A stretch of DNA of 64,000 nucleotides from a virus (lineage: Duplodnaviria > Caudoviricetes): the IMG/VR virus record IMGVR_UViG_3300035182_001152. One strand, 5' to 3'. A model generated the notes under the pieces. That model made no database searches. It saw nothing but the letters and a program-made list of their open reading frames with translations, and was not told where the DNA came from. This document shows, piece after piece, positions 26,623 to 35,719 of the stretch (position 1 is its first letter; each line of letters begins with the position of its first letter). A program made the translations under genes and the position numbers.

Positions 26623-26820
26623 TTACTCGTCACCCTTGCGGATCTTGTTCTTTTCCTTCGCACGGTTGTAGTCGTTGCGGGCGTCATAATGCGCTCCACT
26701 TTTGCGCGCACGCAACACATCATTCAGATGCTTGTTGCGTGGCTTCAAGGGGTCAAGCGTGATCTTGTCCTTCTTCTTGCCTTCGTTCATGATTTCGAAA
26801 AGTTCACGGAGCAGTTCCAT
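26623..26820 (-). CDS. Small basic late protein
   Basis: MELLRELFEIMNEG; ATAAATA at 26854-26848. Confidence 0.65.
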   Translation of the reverse strand: MELLRELFEIMNEGKKKDKITLDPLKPRNKHLNDVLRARKSGAHYDARNDYNRAKEKNKIRKGDE

Positions 26821-26923
26821 AACTTATTCCCTCAAAAGTGTGATGGATATTTATGGGTTAATGCGCGTTGCTAGGGAACAATTCGTTGATAGCTTGCTGA
26901 ACCAACCTGCTGATTGATGTTTG

Positions 26924-27376
26924 TCATTGCTTGATTCGCTGAATCAGTAGTTCACGAACAGTAGCGGGGTCGCTCTTGTATCGCTTCATTACGCCGCCTA
27001 CCAACGAATTAAGAGCCTTCTCCACGCCCGATTTGAATTGGTCGACCGCCTTCTGTTGCTCAGCTATAACAGCCTCAATTGCTGCCGTCAGCTCCGGAGG
27101 TACGTTAGCCAGCATCTGCAACCGTCGCTTCTCTGCCTGCTTGCGCCGAGCGGTGCCGGGCGGCGTAACTTTTCGCTTTCCAGCAATGAACCGACTTGCG
27201 CACAGACGAATTTGATCAGCGGTTGTAGCAAAGCCCGCACGAGCGCACTTGTCTACATACCACTCTATCTGATACAGCTCATCCCAATGGGGTGTACGTT
27301 CCAGCAGGGGGATCAGTGCTTCAATATAACGGAATCGTTCCGCAGGAAACATGGGTACATTAGCGTTCGGCACCAT
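26924..27376 (-). CDS. Protein with GatB/YqeY-like C-terminal domain
   Basis: IEAVIAEQQKAVDQFKSGVEKALNSLVGGVMKR..DPATVRELL. Confidence 0.7.
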   Translation of the reverse strand: MVPNANVPMFPAERFRYIEALIPLLERTPHWDELYQIEWYVDKCARAGFATTADQIRLCASRFIAGKRKVTPPGTARRKQAEKRRLQMLANVPPELTAAIEAVIAEQQKAVDQFKSGVEKALNSLVGGVMKRYKSDPATVRELLIQRIKQ

Positions 27377-27959
27377 TGATCACTTCAAGTAGTTCGAGCT
27401 GTGACGTCATCACGTGTTTGATGTTCTCGTACGCAGCTTCTTGTTTCGGAAAAAGACGACGGGCAGTCTTCAACATCGGAAGAAACAAAGTCCTCGCCTC
27501 TTCCATATACTTGATTCGCTTCTCCAGCGTAAACACACCAACCATCGTTTGCATGTTGTGACAGCGATCACCACCCTTTGCAAGAGATGCGATTGGATGC
27601 AGACCAATGTCTTCCATCATCTTTGCTTGCTGCTTGCCGTTCTTGTCCATCAGGAACACTGCTTGTCCAACGCGAGGGCCGAACCGGTTCGCAATCTCCG
27701 AGTGTGGGACACCGTAGTCTTCCGGGACATCATGCAAGAGGACGGCGGCCAGCGTGTCCTCTGGAAACATCATCGATGGCAGTAGCGTGCGCAGGTAGTG
27801 CGCAATCTCAATTTGATGTTGGAACTCAGGCGTGACACCATCCTTGCGTGTCCCTACATGGTACTGGGATGCGAATTGCAACGCGTCAGCGGCCATGTAG
27901 AATTCCCGGCCAAGCAGGAAATATCGCAGCGAGATGTACAGTTTCTTATAGTCTTCCAT
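27360..27959 (-). CDS. HD-domain hydrolase (SpoT/Mesh1-like)
   Basis: YHVGTRKDGVTPEFQH, AAVLLHDVPED, AKGGDRCHNM. Confidence 0.82.
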   Translation of the reverse strand: MEDYKKLYISLRYFLLGREFYMAADALQFASQYHVGTRKDGVTPEFQHQIEIAHYLRTLLPSMMFPEDTLAAVLLHDVPEDYGVPHSEIANRFGPRVGQAVFLMDKNGKQQAKMMEDIGLHPIASLAKGGDRCHNMQTMVGVFTLEKRIKYMEEARTLFLPMLKTARRLFPKQEAAYENIKHVMTSQLELLEVINGAER

Positions 27960-28008
27960 GTTAAATCTCCTATAACTAGAGATTCAACCGAAACGACAGT
28001 TAACCCAA

Positions 28009-28338
28009 CTATTCAGCTGCGTTGGCCGTTTTGACGTAGTCTTTCGGCCGCATCTTCCCAGCGCGACCTGCTTTGGACCATTCGTAGTCGTGACCGTCCG
28101 GTGTCTTACCGTCAATGATCGATGCAACGCCAAGCTGACCGACGTTGTTCATGTCCTCCGACGCCATGGTGATCATTGAGATACGGGCACCTCCACGACG
28201 ACGTGTGCGCAATTCCTCAGAGAACTTCAGCGCTTGGGCCAGTTCAGACGGGGGGAACTCACGCGACTGAGGTTCACGCACCAACGCTGGTGCTAGTGAG
28301 TCTGTGTAGGACTCTTCAGTCCAGTATACTGTGTACAT
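28009..28338 (-). CDS. Hypothetical protein
   Basis: AAGGA RBS; ORF. Confidence 0.65.
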   Translation of the reverse strand: MYTVYWTEESYTDSLAPALVREPQSREFPPSELAQALKFSEELRTRRRGGARISMITMASEDMNNVGQLGVASIIDGKTPDGHDYEWSKAGRAGKMRPKDYVKTANAAE

Positions 28339-28409
28339 TTTGTTCCTTGTGCAATTGCGGCATGATCATCGCAATTGGCACAAAGATCAACAGCAATAAA
28401 CCGACATGA

Positions 28410-28608
28410 GGGGCCTTGAGGTTTCTTTTGGCGTTCCCTCTACACACTACATTCGCCCGCGCGCTGGGTTACTAGCACCAAGTGCAGCTAGTTCTCACGA
28501 TACTAGCCTGTCTAAATTTGGATGTCGAGCACGGAGGCTTCGTCTCGACGCGCCTGTTAACACTCTCAAGCTCGAGAGGGGCTCGAACGGTTTCGAGCGG
28601 CTCCACCA
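28410..28608. ncRNA. Structured element with tmRNA/tRNA-Ala-like termini
   Basis: + strand begins GGGGCC and ends GGGGCTCGAACGGTTTCGAGCGGCTCCACCA; multiple hairpins; minus-strand promoter at 28668-28639. Confidence 0.45.
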
Positions 28609-28635
28609 ACTGAGTTGCTTGCACATTTCAGTGAG

Positions 28636-29481
28636 TTAACTATCAGTCTCACCCAATTTTTTCGTCAACGGCGTCATCTTAAACACAGACTTGGGTTTGG
28701 AGCCGGGTACGTCTCGCCACCCCTCATCGATTAGGCGATCGTACAGCCCTTCGTTCAGGATGCTCTCAACGTACGTGCACCGGAATGGGTTGATCTGATG
28801 CATATGGTTGATTACCCGCATGCCAAGACCTCGGCCTCTGAATTGCTCAGAGACTGTAATTGTACCAATGTCAAAGGATTGGATCAATGCGCCTGAGATC
28901 GCATGATGAGCCTTACGGGTATACACACTGATGATGTCGTCTCCATATACCCAATGGTTAGGATATGGTCCATCAAGGAATCCCTGGATCTCCTGCTTGA
29001 ACGAAGTAAACGCCTGGTTACAGACGTCTACGCAATTTCGCTCAAATAAGGCCAGGTCTGACATGTCACACCAGGCGGCTACGATTGCATTCACGTAGTG
29101 AAGATTGCTCTCCGCCACGAGGCCATTGCTGTTGCTGTTGGAGCGAGCAGCATCAACGATGTTCTTCGCTTCTTTCAGGCCAAGCTTGGTGTTCTCACGG
29201 ACCATCTTGATCGCCGAGATGAGCCCACCACTGCGGAGCAGGCTGGCGACATCGCCAGCCCACCTTGGGTCAGCGGGTGCGGTCTTCGTCACGACGCCGG
29301 CGTCGTGCAGTTGGACGAAGATTGCCGGATGCTTTTTGGCAAGAGCCAAGGCAATCGCATGAGAGTCGTAGTTGCCTGATGCAATGATGTCGACGATGCG
29401 CTCATGAACCTCGTTGGAGGTTGACGTGGGCGTCGGCTGCAGAGAGATGCGACGTTGAGATTGCTGTTGTTGCTTGGACAT
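28636..29481 (-). CDS. Ribosomal L7/L12 CTD-like domain fused to GNAT-like domain
   Basis: SAIKMVRENTKLGLKEAKNIVD; ITVSEQFRGRGLG acetyl-CoA motif. Confidence 0.7.
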   Translation of the reverse strand: MSKQQQQSQRRISLQPTPTSTSNEVHERIVDIIASGNYDSHAIALALAKKHPAIFVQLHDAGVVTKTAPADPRWAGDVASLLRSGGLISAIKMVRENTKLGLKEAKNIVDAARSNSNSNGLVAESNLHYVNAIVAAWCDMSDLALFERNCVDVCNQAFTSFKQEIQGFLDGPYPNHWVYGDDIISVYTRKAHHAISGALIQSFDIGTITVSEQFRGRGLGMRVINHMHQINPFRCTYVESILNEGLYDRLIDEGWRDVPGSKPKSVFKMTPLTKKLGETDS

Positions 29482-29701
29482 GATTGAGTCCTAGTTAAAG
29501 TAACTCAATCATCCTGTTAGCAGCTTTGACCCTCAACAATTACTTCTTGCACTGCCAACCAGCGACGACCTTACCCACTTCACCAGCATGTTCTGGTGAA
29601 GTGTTGCTGATTTTGATCTTACGGTTGATTAGGCCCGTTTCTTCGAGCTTCATACGAATATCCGGTAACGTTGGAAGCTCGACGAGAATGGGCTTGTCAA
29701 C

Positions 29702-30034
29702 TTACACTTCAACCGTCTCCGGCTTGGTGTTGTAGATTTCCTCACCAGTCTCTGTGTCCTTGGACAGCAGATCGGGAGGGATCGGCTTCAGCCACGTGTC
29801 TGGACTGTATGCCCGGGAGGTTGGACCGTACGGGGTTTCGAAGCCCCGCGGAGACGTGGCATCAATCCACCAGTAGTTATCCGTGATCATTGCCTTGCAC
29901 ATGATCCCGTTGACTTCAAACACGTCACCTTCGTTCATGTAGCCAATATATTCGGCCACATCGACGATGTGGCCTACGTAGTTACCTGTGACTGTCCGCA
30001 ATACGAACGCCAGGTCGCCCTTCTTACAACGCAT
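29702..30034 (-). CDS. Hypothetical phage protein
   Basis: MRCKKGDLA start; ORF. Confidence 0.65.
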   Translation of the reverse strand: MRCKKGDLAFVLRTVTGNYVGHIVDVAEYIGYMNEGDVFEVNGIMCKAMITDNYWWIDATSPRGFETPYGPTSRAYSPDTWLKPIPPDLLSKDTETGEEIYNTKPETVEV

Positions 30035-30127
30035 TTTGATGTACTCCAATGATGTAGCGATAGCACAGCAGGGTGAGCATCGCGACAATGATGAACCGCA
30101 CTTCAGGTGGTAGGTTGTTCCAGACTT

Positions 30128-30583
30128 TCACTCGGCGTCATCCACAGAAATGGTGCCGCAAAACCGGTTGTGTAGCGATTCGTAGGCGATTTGAGCAAAG
30201 CTTGGCTTCGATGGTGCGGTCACAGGCTGGCACGGCCGCGTTTCCTTCCATTGCTTATATCGCCGGTGAGTGTAGATCATCGCCACGATCACACTGGCGA
30301 TGCCGGAGGCGATCATCGTAATCACGGAACCAGGCTCTGGATCGATCCACTGACCCAGGTGAGCCATTGCTGATACCCACGCAGCGATATCACCAATCGT
30401 CAGGCCGATCACTAGACCACCAATTGCCGTGCCGATCAGCGCGACAAACATTCCCAGCAGCACCGCACGAATATACGAACACAGATCGTAATACCCCTGC
30501 ACAATGGCAAAGTGTGATGCTGGCCCGTACAGAGTTGCAAATCGGAAGTGGAGCGAGTTTGAGGATAGGTTGAACGATTTCAT
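30128..30583 (-). CDS. Membrane protein
   Basis: Two or three hydrophobic segments. Confidence 0.65.
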   Translation of the reverse strand: MKSFNLSSNSLHFRFATLYGPASHFAIVQGYYDLCSYIRAVLLGMFVALIGTAIGGLVIGLTIGDIAAWVSAMAHLGQWIDPEPGSVITMIASGIASVIVAMIYTHRRYKQWKETRPCQPVTAPSKPSFAQIAYESLHNRFCGTISVDDAE

Positions 30584-30586
30584 GAC

Positions 30587-30724
30587 TTAGTGCTTGGTTG
30601 GGACCGGAAGGACAGGTGGGTCGAACTCGTCAGGGTCGTCGTCATCCTCGTCATCGAACGGATAGAACGGCGGCGGTGGCGGATTGCGGTGGGGCGGAGT
30701 TGGGAGTGGTTGAGGGAATGGCAT
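30587..30724 (-). CDS. Pro/Asp-rich peptide (45 aa)
   Basis: MPFPQPLPTPPHRNPPPPPFYPFDDEDDDDPDEF..; below track cutoff. Confidence 0.45.
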   Translation of the reverse strand: MPFPQPLPTPPHRNPPPPPFYPFDDEDDDDPDEFDPPVLPVPTKH

Positions 30725-30782
30725 AGTAGTACCTTTTCAATATGGACTACTGTACTTGCTCATCCTACCGCATTCAACAATT

Positions 30783-31061
30783 TCAGGAAGGGTCTCTGGG
30801 GAATAGTTTATACCAAACAATCACCAGCAACAACGCGAGATTGACACCGTAGTTACACTGCAGAGGTAGCATATGTCCCTTCAGCGATACGTACAGTAGC
30901 ATGGTTGAACAACCAACCAGCCAGGAAAGAAGGAACGGCCATGCGAGGCCGTTACTATGCTTTTGCCTCCAGCACACCCATGCTTGAGGCAACGCTGATA
31001 GCGAAAACACCGCAGCGCCGAACCACCCAAGCGGTTCTACTAATTGTTGAATCCAGTTCAT
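30783..31061 (-). CDS. PQ-loop / SemiSWEET-like membrane protein
   Basis: Three TM helices with ALPQ motif; 92 aa. Confidence 0.72.
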   Translation of the reverse strand: MNWIQQLVEPLGWFGAAVFSLSALPQAWVCWRQKHSNGLAWPFLLSWLVGCSTMLLYVSLKGHMLPLQCNYGVNLALLLVIVWYKLFPRDPS

Positions 31062-31417
31062 GTATACACGATGTTGTTCGCATCGTCTAGTTTGACCCAG
31101 AAGCGTGACTTGCACTTCTTGAGGTCGGGGTGGGACCGAATGCGGAACGTCACACTGTCGTATTCGGCCATCCCGTTGCGGATAAAGATCCGATCAACAG
31201 ACAGTACTGTGCCAGCAGGTAGGGTGACGTCGTATACCTCATCGCGCGATTTCCGCCACGCTTGCCACTGTTCTTCCGTGGCAGCGGCAGAGTACGGTAT
31301 TTCCAACCCAAGCAGCTGGCGGAAATCGCTGTTCCTGTGCTCAGCGTGTAGTTTGAATGTCCACGGCTGCGACAGCGTTAGTTCTGTGCGCAGGTGGGGA
31401 ATCATCAGTTGTGGCAT
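31058..31417 (-). CDS. Hypothetical phage protein
   Basis: AGGAG RBS before 31417. Confidence 0.65.
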   Translation of the reverse strand: MPQLMIPHLRTELTLSQPWTFKLHAEHRNSDFRQLLGLEIPYSAAATEEQWQAWRKSRDEVYDVTLPAGTVLSVDRIFIRNGMAEYDSVTFRIRSHPDLKKCKSRFWVKLDDANNIVYT

Positions 31418-31517
31418 TCGAACTCCTTGACGGGAATGATCCGGTACCACTTTTTCATCACGTACAGCCAGATGCCGCCGTGCTTGAAGAACTTCGGTGA
31501 CCGCCAGACCAATTTCA

Positions 31518-31754
31518 TCATTTCACCCGCAACACAGTGACCGCCAGGTCGGCGAAGTGGACCACATCGACAACTACGACTAGGTGGTCACGCACGCGAA
31601 CCTTTTCACCGATTCGTGGCAGCACCTCGAGGTGGCGCCGCAGTCCATCAAAGGGAGTGGCGTTGGTAGATCTAACCAACGATTGGAATTCTGTCAACAC
31701 GCTCATGCTCGCTCTCCGCTGCTGCTGGATGTGTGCCATACTGTTTGGATGCAC
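31518..31754 (-). CDS. Hypothetical protein
   Basis: ORF only. Confidence 0.4.
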   Translation of the reverse strand: MHPNSMAHIQQQRRASMSVLTEFQSLVRSTNATPFDGLRRHLEVLPRIGEKVRVRDHLVVVVDVVHFADLAVTVLRVK

Positions 31755-31936
31755 TGCTCGCGCAACACTCGCAGCTCTTCTTCCAGCTCCTGGATTCGAC
31801 GTGCTGCAGCGCGCATGTCTGCACCTGCAAGGTACACAGTACCTGACTTCTTGTCTTCATACGTCAGTAACATTGGATACATGGTCAGACGGGCAACTAG
31901 CTGCTCACTGGTCAGCGGCGGGTTGGAGCGTGCCAT
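31703..31936 (-). CDS. Hypothetical protein
   Basis: ORF with coiled-coil segment. Confidence 0.5.
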   Translation of the reverse strand: MARSNPPLTSEQLVARLTMYPMLLTYEDKKSGTVYLAGADMRAAARRIQELEEELRVLREQCIQTVWHTSSSSGERA

Positions 31937-31994
31937 TTGTGTACTTTCAGAGCTGTTAAACGATGACCGACTATAGAGGAAGGCGACTCCGTAG

Positions 31995-32528
31995 TCAATT
32001 TTGGGTCAAATCGATTGTTGGCATCGGAAAGCCGTACTTGACCATGAAGGGATCGGGTTTCATTCGATCCAAATCAGCAACTTTTTCTTCCCGGGGGGCG
32101 GGATGATTCTTGATCTGCGCGGACGAGAACAACACGCCCATTGCATCGCGCGCTGTTGCAGCACGTCGTGCCTTAAAGATTTCGTTGTATTTGCGTATCC
32201 GTTCCGGATACTTGTCGCTTGCTGCCTTATACGTATCGGGAGGCAGCGGAGATGGATCGCCAAACGAATTGGGATTTGTAGCGCGATTCTCGTCTCTGAC
32301 AGTACGTGCCTCTTCCCGGGTCTCACACTCTGCAATCTTCGTGTATTTGACGGAGGACATGTCTCCGTTATACAGAGCGCGGAACCGTACGTCAAACCGT
32401 GTCACTTCCGAGGCAGTAGTTCGAGCGCTGCTGAATTCGAGCCATTCTTTGGCCTTGTCCAGGCCACCTTCAACGTATCCAATGTAAACTGGGTCTTGCG
32501 ACCCTTTCGCTGCGTATACTGTAAACAC
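31995..32528 (-). CDS. Hypothetical protein, GIY-YIG-like N-terminus
   Basis: VY....VYIGY and REEA pattern; GGAG RBS. Confidence 0.5.
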   Translation of the reverse strand: MFTVYAAKGSQDPVYIGYVEGGLDKAKEWLEFSSARTTASEVTRFDVRFRALYNGDMSSVKYTKIAECETREEARTVRDENRATNPNSFGDPSPLPPDTYKAASDKYPERIRKYNEIFKARRAATARDAMGVLFSSAQIKNHPAPREEKVADLDRMKPDPFMVKYGFPMPTIDLTQN

Positions 32529-32801
32529 ACTAGTCTCCGGAAGTTGTGATAATCAACCTTCCGAGAAATCGGTTATCCAGTAAACAACCAATAAAAGGGG
32601 AACGCCTGTGGCTCGTGGCCACAGGCGTTCCATGTTGGGGAGGTTACCTGACCTTGATCAGGCTGAAGCAGCCACCCACGCTGCCGGCGGTAGACACAAG
32701 GGCCCACGGCCAAAACGCAGACTCCGTGACGCTCCAGTCGGAGATCCAGCCGCCGAGCAGAAACACGGCAATGGAAACCAAAGTTGAGCAAATTATGAAT
32801 T

Positions 32802-33224
32802 TCATGCGGACACCAGTTGCGTCAGATTGACGCCCTCGCGATGAGCGAACGAGAGGTTCTCGTACGAAATCGTCACCAGGCCTGCGCGCCGGAGTTCTTC
32901 CAGGGGCAGGAGGATGGCGGTCAGGTATTCCATCGCCTCGTTCACGTAGTCGTTGGTCAGATCCTCAACGTCCTCACCCTCGGCGGCGAGCAGCATCATC
33001 GTCAGGACGATCATGTCGCGGCCCGCTTGATCCTCAGCAGCAGCTTCAGTGACGTGATGTTGGACTTGCGCAGCGACCTTGTTGAGATCGTGCACATCGA
33101 ACAGCGACAGGCCAGACAGCCAATCGCCGAGCGTGAGGTAGTTGCCGACGTTCTCACGCAGTCGGAGCTGCAGACGTGCGACAGCCTTGGCTGCCACGTC
33201 CGACAGATTGTTTTCTTGTTCCAT
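32802..33224 (-). CDS. Hypothetical helical protein
   Basis: AAGG RBS before ATG 33224. Confidence 0.65.
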   Translation of the reverse strand: MEQENNLSDVAAKAVARLQLRLRENVGNYLTLGDWLSGLSLFDVHDLNKVAAQVQHHVTEAAAEDQAGRDMIVLTMMLLAAEGEDVEDLTNDYVNEAMEYLTAILLPLEELRRAGLVTISYENLSFAHREGVNLTQLVSA

Positions 33225-33375
33225 TACGCACGCCTTCCTCTTTGCAGTTGCTCTTATGAAAGCTGAATGTGCATCAACTCTCATATCGTACCCGTGAGGG
33301 TAAACACCCATTGCCACATCGAAAGTAGAAGCTCCGTTGGACGTTCCCCCGTCCAACGGACTCCGCGGCGATCGA

Positions 33376-33585
33376 TCAGCGCTTGCGAGTGGTAGGCGCG
33401 AACAGCGGCTTGGCGTTGTTGGTCGACGTCGACGTCTTGGACAGGCCGGTGCCGACACCGGGGCCGTTGTCATGGACCACGACCTGCGGCTGCTGGTAGA
33501 TCACCTGCGGTTGCGGTGAGGGGCCACAGCCGATCAGGGGTATTGCCATCACGGCAACGGCGAGCATGGTAAGGCGGAATTTCAC
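33376..33585 (-). CDS. Small lipoprotein
   Basis: Signal peptide ending LIG-C. Confidence 0.6.
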   Translation of the reverse strand: MKFRLTMLAVAVMAIPLIGCGPSPQPQVIYQQPQVVVHDNGPGVGTGLSKTSTSTNNAKPLFAPTTRKR

Positions 33586-33699
33586 AAGCGATCTCCTCTT
33601 GGATATGTGACAGAAGCGAGTCTACCGATTCCCACGCTTAGTAGCAAATCGGTAGATTTAGGGTAAACCCAGCGGCCTCGCTATTAGGTGTTGGGAGTA

Positions 33700-34260
33700 T
33701 CAAATAGTCGGGTCAAACGCGTTTGACAGATTCTCACGCTGCTGTTCCGGCGTTTGCTTAATGCCATAGCATTTGTCGATCGCTTGAAGAACAACAGCAG
33801 TAATGTGGTTGAACACCGCATCCGTCCCGCCAAGTTCGCCGCTACTCTCGATGATGTCTCGTAGACATTGATTCAAGTGCCCCTCGATGCACATCGCGTT
33901 CTTGATGTCCTGCGCTGACGGTGCGGGAGTGTTTTCAACGAGGATCGATTCCCACTTGGTCGTCTTTGAGTCGAGGTAGTCTTCCAGCATCTCTGCCAGC
34001 TCCGCTCCCGTCTTGTTGGGATAGACGAGGGCTGCGAGGGCGATTGCGTTCTGGATCACGTCCGCTACTTCACCAATCACCGGCTCCTTGAGCGTCTTGT
34101 GTGGCAGATTGCCGAGGCTGTGATTTACGGCCTCAGATAGCTCCCCCACTTCTTCCATTAGCTTAAAGCCAACGCCTTCAATGCCCTTGAAGTCTCGGCG
34201 CGACATGCCGACGATTCGGTCGACCGTCTGATACAGTGATGGGTGCTTAATGACTTCCAT
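33700..34260 (-). CDS. MazG-like NTP pyrophosphohydrolase
   Basis: KLMEEVGELSEA..GEVADV. Confidence 0.8.
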   Translation of the reverse strand: MEVIKHPSLYQTVDRIVGMSRRDFKGIEGVGFKLMEEVGELSEAVNHSLGNLPHKTLKEPVIGEVADVIQNAIALAALVYPNKTGAELAEMLEDYLDSKTTKWESILVENTPAPSAQDIKNAMCIEGHLNQCLRDIIESSGELGGTDAVFNHITAVVLQAIDKCYGIKQTPEQQRENLSNAFDPTI

Positions 34261-34717
34261 CGTCTGCCCCACAGTCACACGAGTGGCCGCAAGCGTCTTG
34301 GCCAGCAAAGTAGTGCTCGGCCCACTGTGCATGCAGAGGGAAGCAGATCGGGGTGTTGGCATCGATCGCAACCAGCTCTTGAACTTCGTCGTTCTTGACG
34401 AACAATTCCAGCGCTTCCAAGGGGAGCGCGTATTCGGCCGCCAGCATGATCAGCAGACGATTGGTCGGCGTCACTTCCGTGCCAGCAACGATCCAATGTT
34501 CCGCAGGGATGTGCAGGCCGGTTTCCTCTTCGAGTTCCCGCGCCATTGCGGCCTCTGCGGTTTCACCCGCATTAAGGTAGCCTCCGGGGAAGGCGATCCC
34601 GCCAATTTGCGGCTCGATGTTGCGGCGAACACCGAGCAGAAAGGTATCACCAGTCTTTTCGTTGACGAGTTCGATGATGCCGACGGCGACGGGGACGGGG
34701 TTGTTGTATTGTTCCAC
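34247..34717 (-). CDS. NUDIX hydrolase
   Basis: Nudix box PGGYLNAGETAEAAMARELEEETG. Confidence 0.9.
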   Translation of the reverse strand: MEQYNNPVPVAVGIIELVNEKTGDTFLLGVRRNIEPQIGGIAFPGGYLNAGETAEAAMARELEEETGLHIPAEHWIVAGTEVTPTNRLLIMLAAEYALPLEALELFVKNDEVQELVAIDANTPICFPLHAQWAEHYFAGQDACGHSCDCGADDGSH

Positions 34718-34731
34718 GGTGATCCTTTATT

Positions 34732-34929
34732 TCATGAGAAGTTGCGTTGTTGCCGAAACAAGCACGACAACGACGGGGGGAGTGCGACAGTCCACGATGG
34801 GCGCATGGGTGGCGACATGCAGAGGATTGAATTGAACCGTTGGTATGCAAATACGCCGTACCCGACTAGCATTGCACCAACGTACCACCCAAGGCCGAAC
34901 ACTAGGGCGTGTTTGATGATTTCCGACAT
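34732..34929 (-). CDS. Small membrane protein
   Basis: Hydrophobic N-terminus; ATGA overlap. Confidence 0.45.
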   Translation of the reverse strand: MSEIIKHALVFGLGWYVGAMLVGYGVFAYQRFNSILCMSPPMRPSWTVALPPSLSCLFRQQRNFS

Positions 34930-35135
34930 CAGTTCATCCTGCAGGTAGAGACGAACATCGCCGTCCCGTTTGTGCCGCGGGTGACTTGGCTCGTCATCGT
35001 CGTGCTGTAGCAACTGTCTGAGTACTTCTTGTACTGTTGCGTCACCTCATGACGGTAGCCGTAAAAGTACGAACCCAAGAAGGCAGCAGCCAACAGCACG
35101 AGAATCGCAGCAACGGATGCGTATAGCTTGATCAT
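34929..35135 (-). CDS. Small membrane-anchored protein
   Basis: N-terminal TM helix. Confidence 0.5.
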   Translation of the reverse strand: MIKLYASVAAILVLLAAAFLGSYFYGYRHEVTQQYKKYSDSCYSTTMTSQVTRGTNGTAMFVSTCRMN

Positions 35136-35563
35136 TTGATTTCCTTGATAGAGCCGTAGTCGTATTCGTATTTGACGTTTGGCTTGATTCCGTCAACGCC
35201 CACGGTGAACACAATTACCGTTTCGTTGAACCCCATTGGATACCACAGCTCGAATGTTGCACCATCGCCACCCGATACTGTTCCGTAGTCATGCAACACG
35301 GCAGTTCCACCAGCGCCGGTTACAACTTCACCACCGGCACCTGCTTCTGATCGCCCAAAGTTTCCTGATTGGGCAACCCCGTACAATCCTGCCTTTGCCG
35401 CGCCGTGATCGCCGACGATCGATGTGCCGTAGCGACCTGAGATTGCTGTTCCACAGTTTCCAGCAACGGCGCGAGCAAGGTTGCCGTCGCCTGTGTGAGC
35501 TAGCTCGTTGTCACCAACGATGACAACTTGATTGTCCATTCCCTTGCGCGACATCAGGTCCAC
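35132..35563 (-). CDS. Gly-rich short-repeat protein
   Basis: Repeats of GxxGxA (beta-solenoid-like). Confidence 0.6.
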   Translation of the reverse strand: MDLMSRKGMDNQVVIVGDNELAHTGDGNLARAVAGNCGTAISGRYGTSIVGDHGAAKAGLYGVAQSGNFGRSEAGAGGEVVTGAGGTAVLHDYGTVSGGDGATFELWYPMGFNETVIVFTVGVDGIKPNVKYEYDYGSIKEIK

Positions 35564-35719
35564 CCCAGGGCTACAGCGGCGAGCACGGATACAGCAATTA
35601 CACTAAGAACGATCCACATTCCGGTGTTGCTTTCCGCGGCGGTGCCGCTATCATATTCAATCATCACAGGCTCCCTCGTTCGTTAGATGAGTCTACTGTA
35701 CCGAAACCCAAAAATAGAT

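Noticed and set aside
29540-29701. Readthrough extension of the 29702-30034 gene
   Set aside because: A 53-codon open frame follows the TAA in frame, but an internal ATG could start a small separate peptide; no further support.
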